This document shows positions 52,638-64,000 of a stretch of DNA of 64,000 nt, piece after piece. The DNA comes from Octopus sinensis (lineage: Eukaryota). The stretch spans positions 54,746,001 through 54,810,000 of the forward strand of contig NC_042999.1 of assembly GCF_006345805.1 (NCBI RefSeq), read 5' to 3'. Every line of letters begins with the position of its first letter. The stretch's first letter is position 1. The notes beneath the pieces were generated by a model. It worked only from the letters and a program-made list of their open reading frames with translations, was not told where the DNA came from and searched no databases. The translations under genes and the position numbers were made by a program.

Positions 52638-53674
52638 ACCTTTGACTTTATTTCCTTACAGCAGCCCCCAAAATACGGGGTGGATGGAGGAACTCTCGTC
52701 CCCTTAAATTCCTTTAAAACTGAATCTAAACACTTTTTAGGTGACACTTGAAGCTTCAGTACGCATAAATGCTGGTAGTGCAACATCACACATACCAAAC
52801 ACACGTATATACACATACTCATACGTACATACAAATCTCTCTCTCTCATACATACATACATACATACACACACACTTGTGGACACTATGATTCTCTCTCT
52901 TTTATTCTTCTCCTCCACCACCCTCTCTTTCATACCTCCCTCCCTTATCTCTCATTCTATCTTCTCTCTCATTAGTTTTAATTGACTACGCTCATCTTCC
53001 TCCACAACTCTTTATTACGGTCCGAGTTTAATGACAACAGCCAGAAGACGGTGGGAGGGCACTGGTAGAAATAGTGGCGGCGCTGGTGATGGTGGTGGTA
53101 GTAGTTACAGCCGCCATTATATAATAATTGAGGTTGGAATATGTTGGGGTGATAGTGAAGTGGTAGCTAGGATGTCAATGTGGTAGTGATTGTAGAATTG
53201 GTGGCAGTGGTAGCGGTAGTGCTGCTGAGCTGCTACATTAATCTGAAATTATTAGAATGTAGTAAGATGTGTTAAGGTGATGTGTGGATTGAGTAGGGAT
53301 GTAGTTGGTTGTAGGGTTTATTTGATTGTTCTTTGATCCCTAAAATACGCACGCAAGTGCTGTTTACCCTATTCTTGGGTTTTCAAACGAATTCTAAAGA
53401 GAATGCTACTCTATTAGCTTTATCAGATCTGCCATTTTAACAAATTCATATTTTTACTCTTTTCTCTGTATTGAGTACTTTATCTTCTCTCTCTCTCTCT
53501 CTCTCTCTCTCCTTCACACACATTCACTCATAGATAGTCAGACAAGCTGATTAAAAACGGTGGTGGAAGATTAAAAGATGGTGAAAGGCTGTTAGTTGTA
53601 ACGGAGTGGTAGCAGAGTAGAGTATTAGTTAAGGAAATGTCAGTTTATGTCATACTTTATTTTCGTTTTACAAA

Positions 53675-53717
<43 letters not shown>

Positions 53718-55175
53718 AAGTGAAAGTACAAGAATGGAGGAGAAAGTAATATAAAATTTAAGAAATTTGAAAACTTAAAAGTCTCTTAACTGGTCGGAGG
53801 GCCTACTAAAAATAGCAGCCGAGTGTTTCTTAAATCATACTTCCAACGTACAAAATATATGGTAAGATATATGTATCCAGAGCAATGTAGTTCTGCATAC
53901 ATTATGCTCTTAAATATGAAGTGGTCATTAGTAAGAGCGTCTTTGAGCATTGGTGTAATCAAGAAAGCCTGAGTGGATAATTTGTAGAAAGATATAATGA
54001 CTGAAATTCGAGTTAAGAAAGGATATCGATTCATTACTTTAATATAATCCCACAAATGTTTGCACGTATCTGTAGCTGTGTGGGCAAAAAGTTCCGCTCA
54101 GAACCACATAGTTCGAGGTTCAATACCACAATATATGACAATCGTTTTCATCCATAGCGATTATGAGTTGAGCTCCTTAAGATGAAAACTGTGAGGAGAC
54201 AAAGAGAGTGGACTGTTCCTCTGTTTTAGGGGTAGATTTAATCTGTCTCCCAGTTCACCATCGTCACCTTGCTCTTTACTGTCTTTAGGGGAGTCTTCAG
54301 AGGGGACCACTTCATTACAAGCTTTCGAGCCAATGATAACTTCGTCTTCCTGCCACCTGTTTCGGAGCTACTGCAAACAGTCGTCCCTGGTACCTTTCAT
54401 GTCTGTTTGTGTATAATGTGTTATAGTGGTTAGAGTTTTTGTACTCAATCTGGCTTGGGAGTTCGATTCTTGATCAAGTCTGCACTGTGTATCCTTCACC
54501 AAGGCACATTATTGCACGTTGCTTCAGTCTATGTATCTGAAAAGAGTTCTAGCCTAATGAAGAGTTGTCAACTAAACGACCCTGAGGAGGTGAAAATGAA
54601 GTCGAGTCTGTTGCATTTCGAACACCAAACTTGGAAAAACGTAACTAAATCCAATAAGCACATTTAGTTGCGTGGTCTCTTGTTTTAAGTATTTCACCAA
54701 CTTCAGACAAAGAGAAAACAAGGAAACTATTCTAATAAAAGCAGTGTTTTGTCTTCAACAAAGGCTGCAATATCTATGGTGTTTAGTTTATGGCTTTTTA
54801 AATGCGGTTTGACGTTTGGAATTTCAACTATTTCACTCAAAGGGGAATATTCTATTGAAAGAATGGCTTATTTTTAAAAGAAGTGTGATGAAAAAATCTA
54901 TCATTTGTTTCTTCTTTTGGTAGAAACTATTTAAACAGTTTAATAATTCATATTTCTATTGGAATATTTACAAAGTCTGGGATTGTTTGTGTCAGATATT
55001 TATATCTTGTTTTCACTTATATCCTGCCGTTCAAACCACGTGAGCTTTTATCCATTACATATTTTGATGTGCTTCATAGAAACCTTTAGTAATTGTAGTA
55101 GTAGTAGGAGGAGGAGGAGGAAGACTAGTAGTAGTAGTAGTGGACATTTAAAATATAGAGCAATGAATACAAAAC

Positions 55176-55233
<58 letters not shown>

Positions 55234-55236
<3 letters not shown>

Positions 55237-55878
55237 ATTATAAAATCCAAAGATCTAAGTGTAGGAAGTTTGTAAGCTTCGAGCAATCCGTGGTAGGTTT
55301 AAAAAAACAACGTTCAGGAACAATGATTTATTGGCGTCGGAGGTTGTAGTAGACTTTTCCCATATTGAAGTTCGATATGCTGAAAAAAAAATTGTCTTAT
55401 AGTTAACGGTTAACAACTAGAGTTGCTATGAATGCGAATAAAAGTCTAAATTGAGGGAGAGGGGCAGATTAAAAATCCTGGCTACATATATTTCCTCGCT
55501 AGCGGATCCTCTCGTGCAATAATTACTCAACGAGGGGTACTCATCTTCGGCGACATGGGATTCCTTAACGACAATGTAACCTTCGACCTGATGAGTAGCT
55601 GAGTGCTCTTCGTTGAGTAATTATTAGATCAGAGGATCTGCTAGCTAGGAAACATATGTAGCCAGGATTTTACCTGCTCCACTACCTCAATCTGGATAGA
55701 TCATTAGCTACTACACACATTTTTCTCTCCTTGTTTTTTTCTGTGTCCCTTTCTGTAGAAGAACGTTGGCTCGAAACGTAAAAGACTTTTTCTATTCCTG
55801 CGCGCTATACTAATACAACTGTTTGTTTGTACACCACCTGCCTTCGTCTTTTGTTTATTTTCGTAAACTTTCCCTTTA
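55234..55878 (+). mobile_element. Penelope-like cassette between (TA)n tracts (long hairpin plus hammerhead-like motif)
   Basis: Inverted arms 55451-55543 / 55600-55690; motif cttt-CTGTAGA-A-GAAC gttg GCTC-GAAA-CG-TA-aaag at 55749-55784. The PLE assignment is inferred; no ORF seen. Confidence 0.5.
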
Positions 55879-55881
55879 CAT

Positions 55882-55920
<39 letters not shown>

Positions 55921-55926
55921 TGCGTG

Positions 55927-56132
55927 TGTGGAGGCGCGTGGCTAAGTGGTTAGGGTGTCAGCATCATGAACGTAAGATTGTGGTTTCTATTCCTGTACCG
56001 GGCGACGCGTTGTGTTCTTGACCAAAACACTTCATTTCACGTTGCTCCAGTCCACTCAGCTGGCAAAAATGAGTAACGCTGCGATGGACTGGCGTCCCGT
56101 CTAGCTGAGGAACATGTATGCCATTGAAACCA
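55927..56132 (+). mobile_element. SINE family D
   Basis: gtggaggcgcgtggctaagtggttagg head, CORE-like domain, gcgatggactggcgtcccgtc. Confidence 0.8.
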
Positions 56133-56404
56133 GATGGTGGCGTGGATTTTCACCTCGGCATCCGAAACTCGGAGTTTTATCTTGGCTACCGAATAATTGT
56201 CACATATTACATTTACAGATACATTCCTCTATTTACATAATATCGAGGTCTCTTTCTTTCTTTTGTTATCGCACCGATTTTATCAAGATATATATATATA
56301 TATATATTGTGTGTGTGTGTAAGAGAGAGAGAGAGAGATTATTTTGGTCTGGTCAATCTCTTGCTAACCTCGGTTTCATCCGTAGATGCACGGGCGAGTT
56401 ATGA

Positions 56405-56453
56405 CTTGCCTGAAGACCCTGTGCACTCACAGGTGAAACTCAAGAGTAGCAAG
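56405..56453 (+). ncRNA. Type I hammerhead ribozyme candidate
   Basis: cttgc-CTGAAGA-c CCTGTG cact CACAGG t-GAAA-CTC aa GAG-TA-gcaag; all three stems pair and the site is GUA; the 10.1-11.1 pair is a C-U mismatch. Confidence 0.75.
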
Positions 56454-56635
56454 ACACCGACTCGACTAAAATATTCAATCCTTATTTTTCCAAGAGTTAA
56501 CACTAGACGTGTATATAACATACACGAGCCACGTGATAAGCCAGACTACGCTTTGCATCGTTTTAGTTTTCTAATGATGCTACCCCGCTGGCTAGGCACG
56601 CCGGCCAACCCTGCTATTATTTCTTCAGTGATTGA

Positions 56636-56674
<39 letters not shown>

Positions 56675-59069
56675 GAGGAAACTTTGAGACACCTGAGAAT
56701 TCTTTACACATGGCTTTAAGTGTTTAATAAAAACGGTGCTTTTGTTTCTCACATTTCCTCCTGCTTCGTTCGGGAGCTTTGTGACCACGATATCCTCGTA
56801 TTTCTCTCTCTATTTTTTTTTTAACAAACGAGGTATTTATACAGATGTATTCTTTTACTTTTTAATCAACAGATGACAATGCGATGTAAAAATCTACCTG
56901 CTACATTACATTTTAAATGCCACAGTACATAACCGTGTAAAACGCATCTAGTTTCTTTATGGCGCAGATGATTATATCCGGTCCTTCAATGCGGATCACC
57001 TGGCCAAGTCTAAGCAGAAACCCAATCACCAAAGTCTAGCAGCCTTAGAAAGCAAGTGTTGCAGTTATAAGCATTAATTTTATTTGGTTAAAGATATTAT
57101 GGTGACTTTACATTCCATCTTCGGGAAATCAGGTGACTTTTACAGACGATAATTTCCTTCAAATCAACTGTTCTATATAACATTGAAAAGAAATGATAGC
57201 CACAGCTGGAACGCCTTAGATTATATATCTGCTAGACCAAGGCTGACTTGGGCCTAAATAACGAAAGCGCCCTTGAGGAAGGCATGAATATCCTGTACTC
57301 TAAATCCATGGATTAAGCCTTAACTAGAGGTTTAATGAATCGTCCTCATCAATTTCTCATTAACAAAATACGTAAATGTCACGTCCACAATGACGTCAGT
57401 GTTTTTGTTTATTAATTGCTTTCTTTATAATTTTTATTTAGGGTTTTATTTCGATTTTATTTATATATTATGGATTCATCATCCAGTATGTAGGGATGGT
57501 CATTTCTCTTCGCACAACTGGTACAAGAACAATAAGATAACGTTTATTAACAGCTGTAAACATTCACTGCTGGTTGACATGGCAGAATACACACAAAACG
57601 ATACATCGACATTGAACTGGGGGGTTTTATGTGTATTTTGCAAAGTGCACCTTCTTTTTATAATATTTCAATGTTGCTGCACTTCGGGAGGGTCATGTTG
57701 CCGAATAAAACACACGCACTGATTGTATTTCTCTTCAGTTCTAGTATCGGTAATTGTCATCGAGCAATGCCTCTCTATCTTTTAAGTTACTTCTCTTAAT
57801 GTGGCATGGGAGGTTGATAGGAACATACTATTGTATTGTGTGTGTGTGTGTGTGTATGCATGCGTGCATGTTTGCGTGAGGATGTATATAGGTCTGAGCT
57901 TGCATGTGTGTTTGCTTTTGTGTCTGTGTGAAGAGATATGCATATGTCTATATAAGTAGCTATTTATGTGGATGTATATACCTCGATAATTGTGTCCATG
58001 TGTGTGTGTGTATTCAGGCATATTATACCTCAGAAATTGTGTTTGCTTGTGTGCACACAAACACACATACACACACACACAATGTCCGAGATATAATATG
58101 CTTGAATATAATACTATATCGTAATAAACTTATTCAGAGATAAGCACATTAATTTTATTACGCAATTAGCTTTATTAATAATGTTACAAATGCATGGATG
58201 TTAATATTTGAATTTGTGCGTAATTGCCCTATCCTCTCCATTCACCAATTCTATTTCGATTCACACCTCTTCATCCGCCTCCTTTCCTTCCTCCCTCCCT
58301 CCCTCTCTCTCTCTCTTTCTCTCTCTCTCTCAACACACACATTTGTATGTATGTGCATGTTCATATACTTACATATGTGTATGTGTGAACGTCATTGTGT
58401 TCCTGCATATTCCTGTCCTACTGACGGAACAATGCGGCCACTGTGTTGAGTTCACTGTACAATTATAAAACGCATGTGTGCCCCATAGCTATTCATCTTC
58501 AGAACTCGTGTACTTTCAAGATCGTTGACTCAACGAGTGGGTGTTCCGGTATTCATACTATTCTCTCGTTTCATCATACACTTTTATGCGTGTATTTGGC
58601 CAGGCGATTGTTCATATACAGATGAGTGTATTTTATACACTCACCGCGCAACAGCATTGTTGGTTTGTTTGTGTAACATAGTGGTTCGGCAATAAATAAC
58701 CGATAAATCCAGATTTTAAAAAAAGTCTTAGGCTCGGTTTCATCGAATAAACTCTGCAGAACGGTGCCCCCAACATACCTGCGGTCAAATAATTGAAACA
58801 AGGAAAAGAACATGTGTTACTCTCTTTAATTGGCATCGAGTTCTTTGCTTAATATTCCAACTCAATATGTCTGAGATGTGTGTGTGTGTTTTATCTCCAA
58901 GGTAGCCATATTTCCTTTACGTAGTGTATTTTAGCTCCTTTTGTTTTTTTTAATCCTCGGGTATGAAATCATAGCACCGACTACCTGTTCAGTCATTGAA
59001 TACTCTGTGATTAAATAGCTCATTTAAATGGACTAAAATTGTCCTGTGTCGGCTTTGTTTGTGTGTGAT

Positions 59070-59452
59070 CAGGCGTGGCTGTGTGGTAAGAAAAGCTTGC
59101 TTCTCAACCACATGGTTGCGGGTTCAGTCCCACTGCGTAGCACCTTAGATAAGTGTCTTCTACTATAGCCTCGGGTCGACCAAAGCCTTGTGAGTGGATT
59201 TGATAGACGGAAACTGAAAGAAGCCCGTCGTAGATATATATATATATTTGTGTGTGTCTGTTTGTCCTACCGCCATCGCTTGACAACCGATGCTGGTGTC
59301 TTTATATCCCCGTAAATTAGCGGTTCGAAAAATAGACCAATAGAAGAAATATTAGGCTTACAAGGAATAAGTTCTGAGGTCGATTTCTTCTACTAACAGC
59401 CTTTAAGGTGGTGATCCAGTATGGCCGCAGTCAAATGACTGAAATAAGTAAA
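59070..59452 (+). mobile_element. SINE family A
   Basis: Head-to-tail match. Confidence 0.9.
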
Positions 59453-60304
59453 AAATATATAAAAAATATAATTAATATGTCTATTAGTGTGTTGAAGTGT
59501 TGAGTAAAGCACTGACACAGCTTAGGCTGCCTGGTGTCATCACTCGGGGTATATATTTCCGTTGTGTTTTCTCGTTACTTAATTGATAGAAATATATATA
59601 TACGGTATCCTGGTCTCATAGACCAGTATTCTGATTTATAAATGCATCTAACGATATGAACTGATCCTCAAAGTTTGCTTGGAGATAATGGCATGTTATA
59701 TAAATCTGCCAATTTAATGTATCATAAAGTATGAAACTATTAATTAGTAGCGCTTTTTGTAATTGAGTACATTAAATGATTTATATTTAATGAAGCTGCT
59801 TTGTTTATGCATGTTTCATTAATTGCACGTGGTTATATTCAAGTTTTATATTTTATTTTAGATTTTTCTTGTTAGTTTTGTTTTTTACAATTAGTTTGGA
59901 ACAGTAAAATTCCTAAATTCATAATCGACGTTTCCAGACCTTCACACTCTCACTTTCAAGAACCGAATAGATTTGGCATCTGTATTGTTTCTTGTACTCT
60001 GGTTGAATTCGTGTAAGGTTTCCCCACCAGAAGTCCTTTGACTGCTAGATGCATCCATCAGCATTCACGTGTTAATTTATCAGTCGTGATCACATTTTGA
60101 CAGCAGAAGGCAACAGAAAAAAACTTGTATTCAGCCCACCCGAAAGAAGATCATAATTCTTCAGATCTACTACAGAGGTCCATGATCGCCGACCGATGTT
60201 AGTTTGACACATTACGAGAGAAAGCTCTTGGCATGCTCCGATGGGGGTGGATGAGTTGTGTGTGTATCATATATATATATATATATATATACTCTTTTTT
60301 TCTC

Positions 60305-60488
60305 TTTTGCTCTTTTACTTGTTTCAGTCATTTGACTGTAGGCCATGCTGGAGCACCGCCTTTAGTCGAGCAAATCGACCCCGGGACTTATTCTTTGTAA
60401 GCCCAGTACTTATTCTATCGGTCTCTTTTTGCCGAGCCGCTAAGTGACGGGGGCGTAAACACTCCAGCATCGGTTGTCAAGCAATGCT

Positions 60489-60549
<61 letters not shown>

Positions 60550-60558
60550 CATATACAT

Positions 60559-60592
<34 letters not shown>

Positions 60593-60758
60593 ATATATAT
60601 ACGACAGGCTTCTTTCAGTTTCCGTCTACCAAATCCACTCACAAGGCATTGGTCGGCCCGGGGCTATAGCAGAAAACACTTGCCCAAGATGCCACGCAGT
60701 GGGACTGAACGCGGAACCATGTGGTTGGTTAGCAAGCTACTTACCACACAGCCACTCC
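60305..60758 (-). mobile_element. SINE family A, full length
   Basis: Tail-to-head match. Confidence 0.92.
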
Positions 60759-61014
60759 TATATATATATATATATATATGAAGAAAAGAAGGGTAAAGAT
60801 ACCGCTTGCTAAAAATGAATGCGAAAGCTTCACGAACATTATAATGAATATTTTTTTTAAATAGGCTTACCTTCAGGATGGGATTTAAAGGTAGATTAAT
60901 ACATACCCCAATATCAATTGATATCATGCTGTGCATGAGAAACATGCTTTGCAATCCTCAGTTGGAAATAGTATTTGACATCTATTTCTAAAATATTCGT
61001 TACGTCAACTCGTG

Positions 61015-61453
61015 TGCGCATGGTTCTTGGTCTCAAGCATTTGTCTTATGAAGAAAGGCTGAAGACGCTCGACCTTTATTCTCTAGAAAAACGACAACGC
61101 CGTGGTGATCTCATTCTTGCTCACAACATCATAAGCGGAAAGTATAACCTCTCGAAAGAGCTGTTCTTCACTCCTGCTCCAGAGCGTCGGCTGCGGGGTC
61201 ACTCCGAAAAGCTCTATCTGCGACGATTTCATCTCAATCGAAAGAGAGGGGCTTTCTCCGTCCGGGTTGCGGATCCGTGGAATAAGCTGCCGGACGAGAT
61301 AGTGAAGATGCCGACGACCGCTCTGTTCAAAGTCTCCCTTGACCACAAGTGGCCTGAACTCTTTACATGAACACCACCCTGTACATAACTCCATGTCCCC
61401 CTACTAGGCCTTGCTTTTTGCTTTTTGAGCCAAAAAAAATTAACTAACTAACT
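61015..61453 (+). mobile_element. CR1-like LINE 3' end, 5' truncated, frame open
   Basis: LKHLSYEERLKTLDLYSLEKRQRRGDLI...LRGHSEKL...FSVRVADPWNKLP; stop at 61370; tail (TAAC)3. Confidence 0.9.
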
Positions 61454-61819
61454 TCAAATGTCCCGCTCCGTTTAAAGAGAAAAACTATCGTAAACAATAA
61501 AAAAGTAAATATGTGAAGTATTATTACTGTTAAAAACAGTAACAATGGGGTGGCTAGCAAGAATTCTACCTAAACAGGTATAATATATAATATTTGAAGA
61601 AAAGAAGGGTAAATGAAATTGATATTGGGGTATGTATTAAACTACCTTCATATTCCATCCTGAAGGTAGGCCTGTTTTTTTAAAATATTCATTACATTGT
61701 TTGTGTGTCTATTTATCGTAGAATTGGTGTTTTTTTTTTGTTTTTTTTAAGCTTTCGCTTTGATTTTTAGCAAGCGGTATCTTTACCCTTCTTTTTTTCA
61801 AACATTTTATATTATACCT

Positions 61820-62042
61820 ATTTCTTTACTACCCACAAGGGGCTAAACACAGATGGGACAAACAAAGGAATTGAGTCGATTATATCGACCCCAGTGCGTA
61901 ACTGGTACTTATTTAATCGACCCCGAAAGGATGAAAGGCAAAGTCGACCTCGGCGGAATTTGAACTCAGAACGTAGCGGCAGACGAAATACTGCTGAGCA
62001 TTTCGCCCGGCGTACTAACGTTTCTGCCAGCTCGCCGCCTTG
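61820..62042 (-). mobile_element. SINE family B, full length with 16 bp TSD
   Basis: TSD attttatattatacct at 61804-61819 and 62043-62058. Confidence 0.93.
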
Positions 62043-62363
62043 ATTTTATATTATACCTGTTTAGACAGAAGTCTTGCTAGCCACCTCATTATTACCGTTT
62101 TTAACAGTAATAATACTTCACATATTTACTTATATATAGTATATTTTTTGGATCATGGAAATAAGTTGAAGAGCATCTTTGGGATTTTGTAAGGGCCACA
62201 TTAGGCCTAAAAATTCTGCATGCAATGAGAAAGTGGTGTCGTCACATAAAGACCTAACTGGTTAGAAGTACGCAGTTGGCGGCAACTGCACGTGGGCACC
62301 CTGTGATAATCGGTGGTGGTCTTCTTCGGACATGGATCAGCAGCTATCGTATACGCCTGTTTA

Positions 62364-62404
<41 letters not shown>

Positions 62405-62943
62405 GTTGGATTGAAACGAGAGTAACATTCTAAGACAGAAAATGAAAAATGGGGAGAGAAGAGACGAAATGTACTTAATTTCAGTCTTATGCTGCTGTAA
62501 GAATGTATGTACGGAAGTGTCTGTGTGTGTGTGTTCGAGAGTTAAGGGATGTTCTGAAATTACTTCAAATACAAGCATAGGCGAACATCTGTATCACTGT
62601 TTACTGGTTGCATACCCAAGACTTTTTACACATTCCATCTGCAAATTATGGACTAAACAAACATCAATGTTTGTGTTTAGTAAACTACGAACATAGTCAC
62701 TGTTAAATGAAATGGAAATTGTATGTTTTTGAATTTCTTCAAATGAGGATACACAAATTATTTTTACAGGAAATGAGATTTCCCCCAAAGCTGCTGTTAG
62801 TTGCTAAATTTAATTCTCTACGTGTGTACAAGCAAGTATGGAAAGAATGAGATATCACTAGACCTGCCCTTTAATTGTCTGCTGCCTACATATTCTTGTG
62901 GCAGCATGAAAAGTGAAATAGCAAAGAATCTGGTTCTTGTAAT

Positions 62944-62982
<39 letters not shown>

Positions 62983-64000
62983 ATATATATTATATATACA
63001 TACATACATATACAGGAAATACGTATATTTCATCGCTTTTGTTTCAGATTTTCACTTTCAACAAGCAATAGCTGTGGAAATTCTACAACCTAATATATGG
63101 TACAAGTCAGCCATATATATATTATATATATATATATATATATACATACGCACTCACATACACACACAAACCCATGTGTGTGTGTTTTCACTCGTGACGG
63201 CATGAAATCGTAGGAGTCATGTGATAAATGTCTTTCTGCTGGTGATCGAGAGAGAACAATATTTATACTCAATGCTAATTGTTATGATTCTGCATTGCAC
63301 TTAACTGAGAGAAAACATGTAATAATTGTGGTAAAAGCGACAAATTGTCAGCTATGCTACAAAATGTCATCTTGGCTTTGCATCTCAATAACAAGCAATG
63401 GTAATACTCCTTATCGAGCCGACTTCGTTTGAGTGAATTCGTGTAGTTCACCATATACACCGACATATAACTTGCTATCTTTGATGGTTGGGACCCATAA
63501 AACAACTGCTTTTAATAACTTCTGAGACCAACAAAAACACTATGTGGTCACTCGACTTACCAGAAATGCCAACTAAATCTCCATCGTATCACATTTCACC
63601 AATTTTAAAAAGGAGTGGAAATATTGGACAATGTAGCCGTAGATAAACAGGAACGTTAGTAGAACGATGTTCGATTTGACCACAAGCTATTGAGATGCAC
63701 TTCGATGTATGTATCTCTTACAATTTCTTGTGAGCATCTCAGTTGTTACTAGAAATACACTCGGCTTACTATCCTTTTCCGTCAATCATCTGTCATTAAT
63801 CATGAATGGTTGAGCACAATAAGTCAGCCATCAAGTAGTTTATCATTAAAGGATGTCTTTATATTCCTTCATAGTCTTTCATGTTTCTTTGTAGTTCTTT
63901 GTACTCCTGTAGACTTTTAGGAACTTTATAGTACTTAATACTCCTTCCTCTTTAAATACACACATTTATACACACACGCGCGCATTATATATATATATAT

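Larger units (their letters stand above)
60779..62131. repeat. Complex direct/inverted repeat element hosting nested insertions
   Basis: 60779-60919 is inverted to 61617-61800; 61503-61613 is inverted to 61782-61819 plus 62059-62131. Confidence 0.8.

Noticed and set aside
54578-54608. CTGAGGA...GAAA...GTC motif
   Set aside because: A decayed SINE B core with no stem II or III.
56104-56142. CTGAGGA...GAAACCAGATGGTG motif
   Set aside because: Lies in the SINE D tail; no stem II and a disallowed GUG site.

Overview
AT-rich, microsatellite-dense eukaryotic DNA with no host protein-coding exon I can support. It looks like an intron or intergenic region; the SINE repertoire suggests an octopus genome, which is an inference from recognised repeat style and not a search. 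Most of the window is a repeat patchwork. It holds four tRNA-headed SINE families (my labels A-D) plus two tail-like repeats (E, F), decayed LINE fragments (CR1-like, L1/Tx1-like, RTE, R4/Dong), DNA transposon relics (Tc1/mariner, piggyBac, hAT-like, Merlin-like, Helentron-like) and several fold-back elements. Almost all ORFs in the track are translation noise from microsatellites or SINEs. The strongest hidden signal is RNA-level. Type I hammerhead ribozyme motifs recur, including a 3 x 139 bp tandem array with one hammerhead per unit (32261-32677, retrozyme-like) and single motifs at 44183, 45126 and 56405 in short cassettes next to (TA)n tracts. All folds were done by eye and none is shown to cleave. 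SINE boundaries are approximate.
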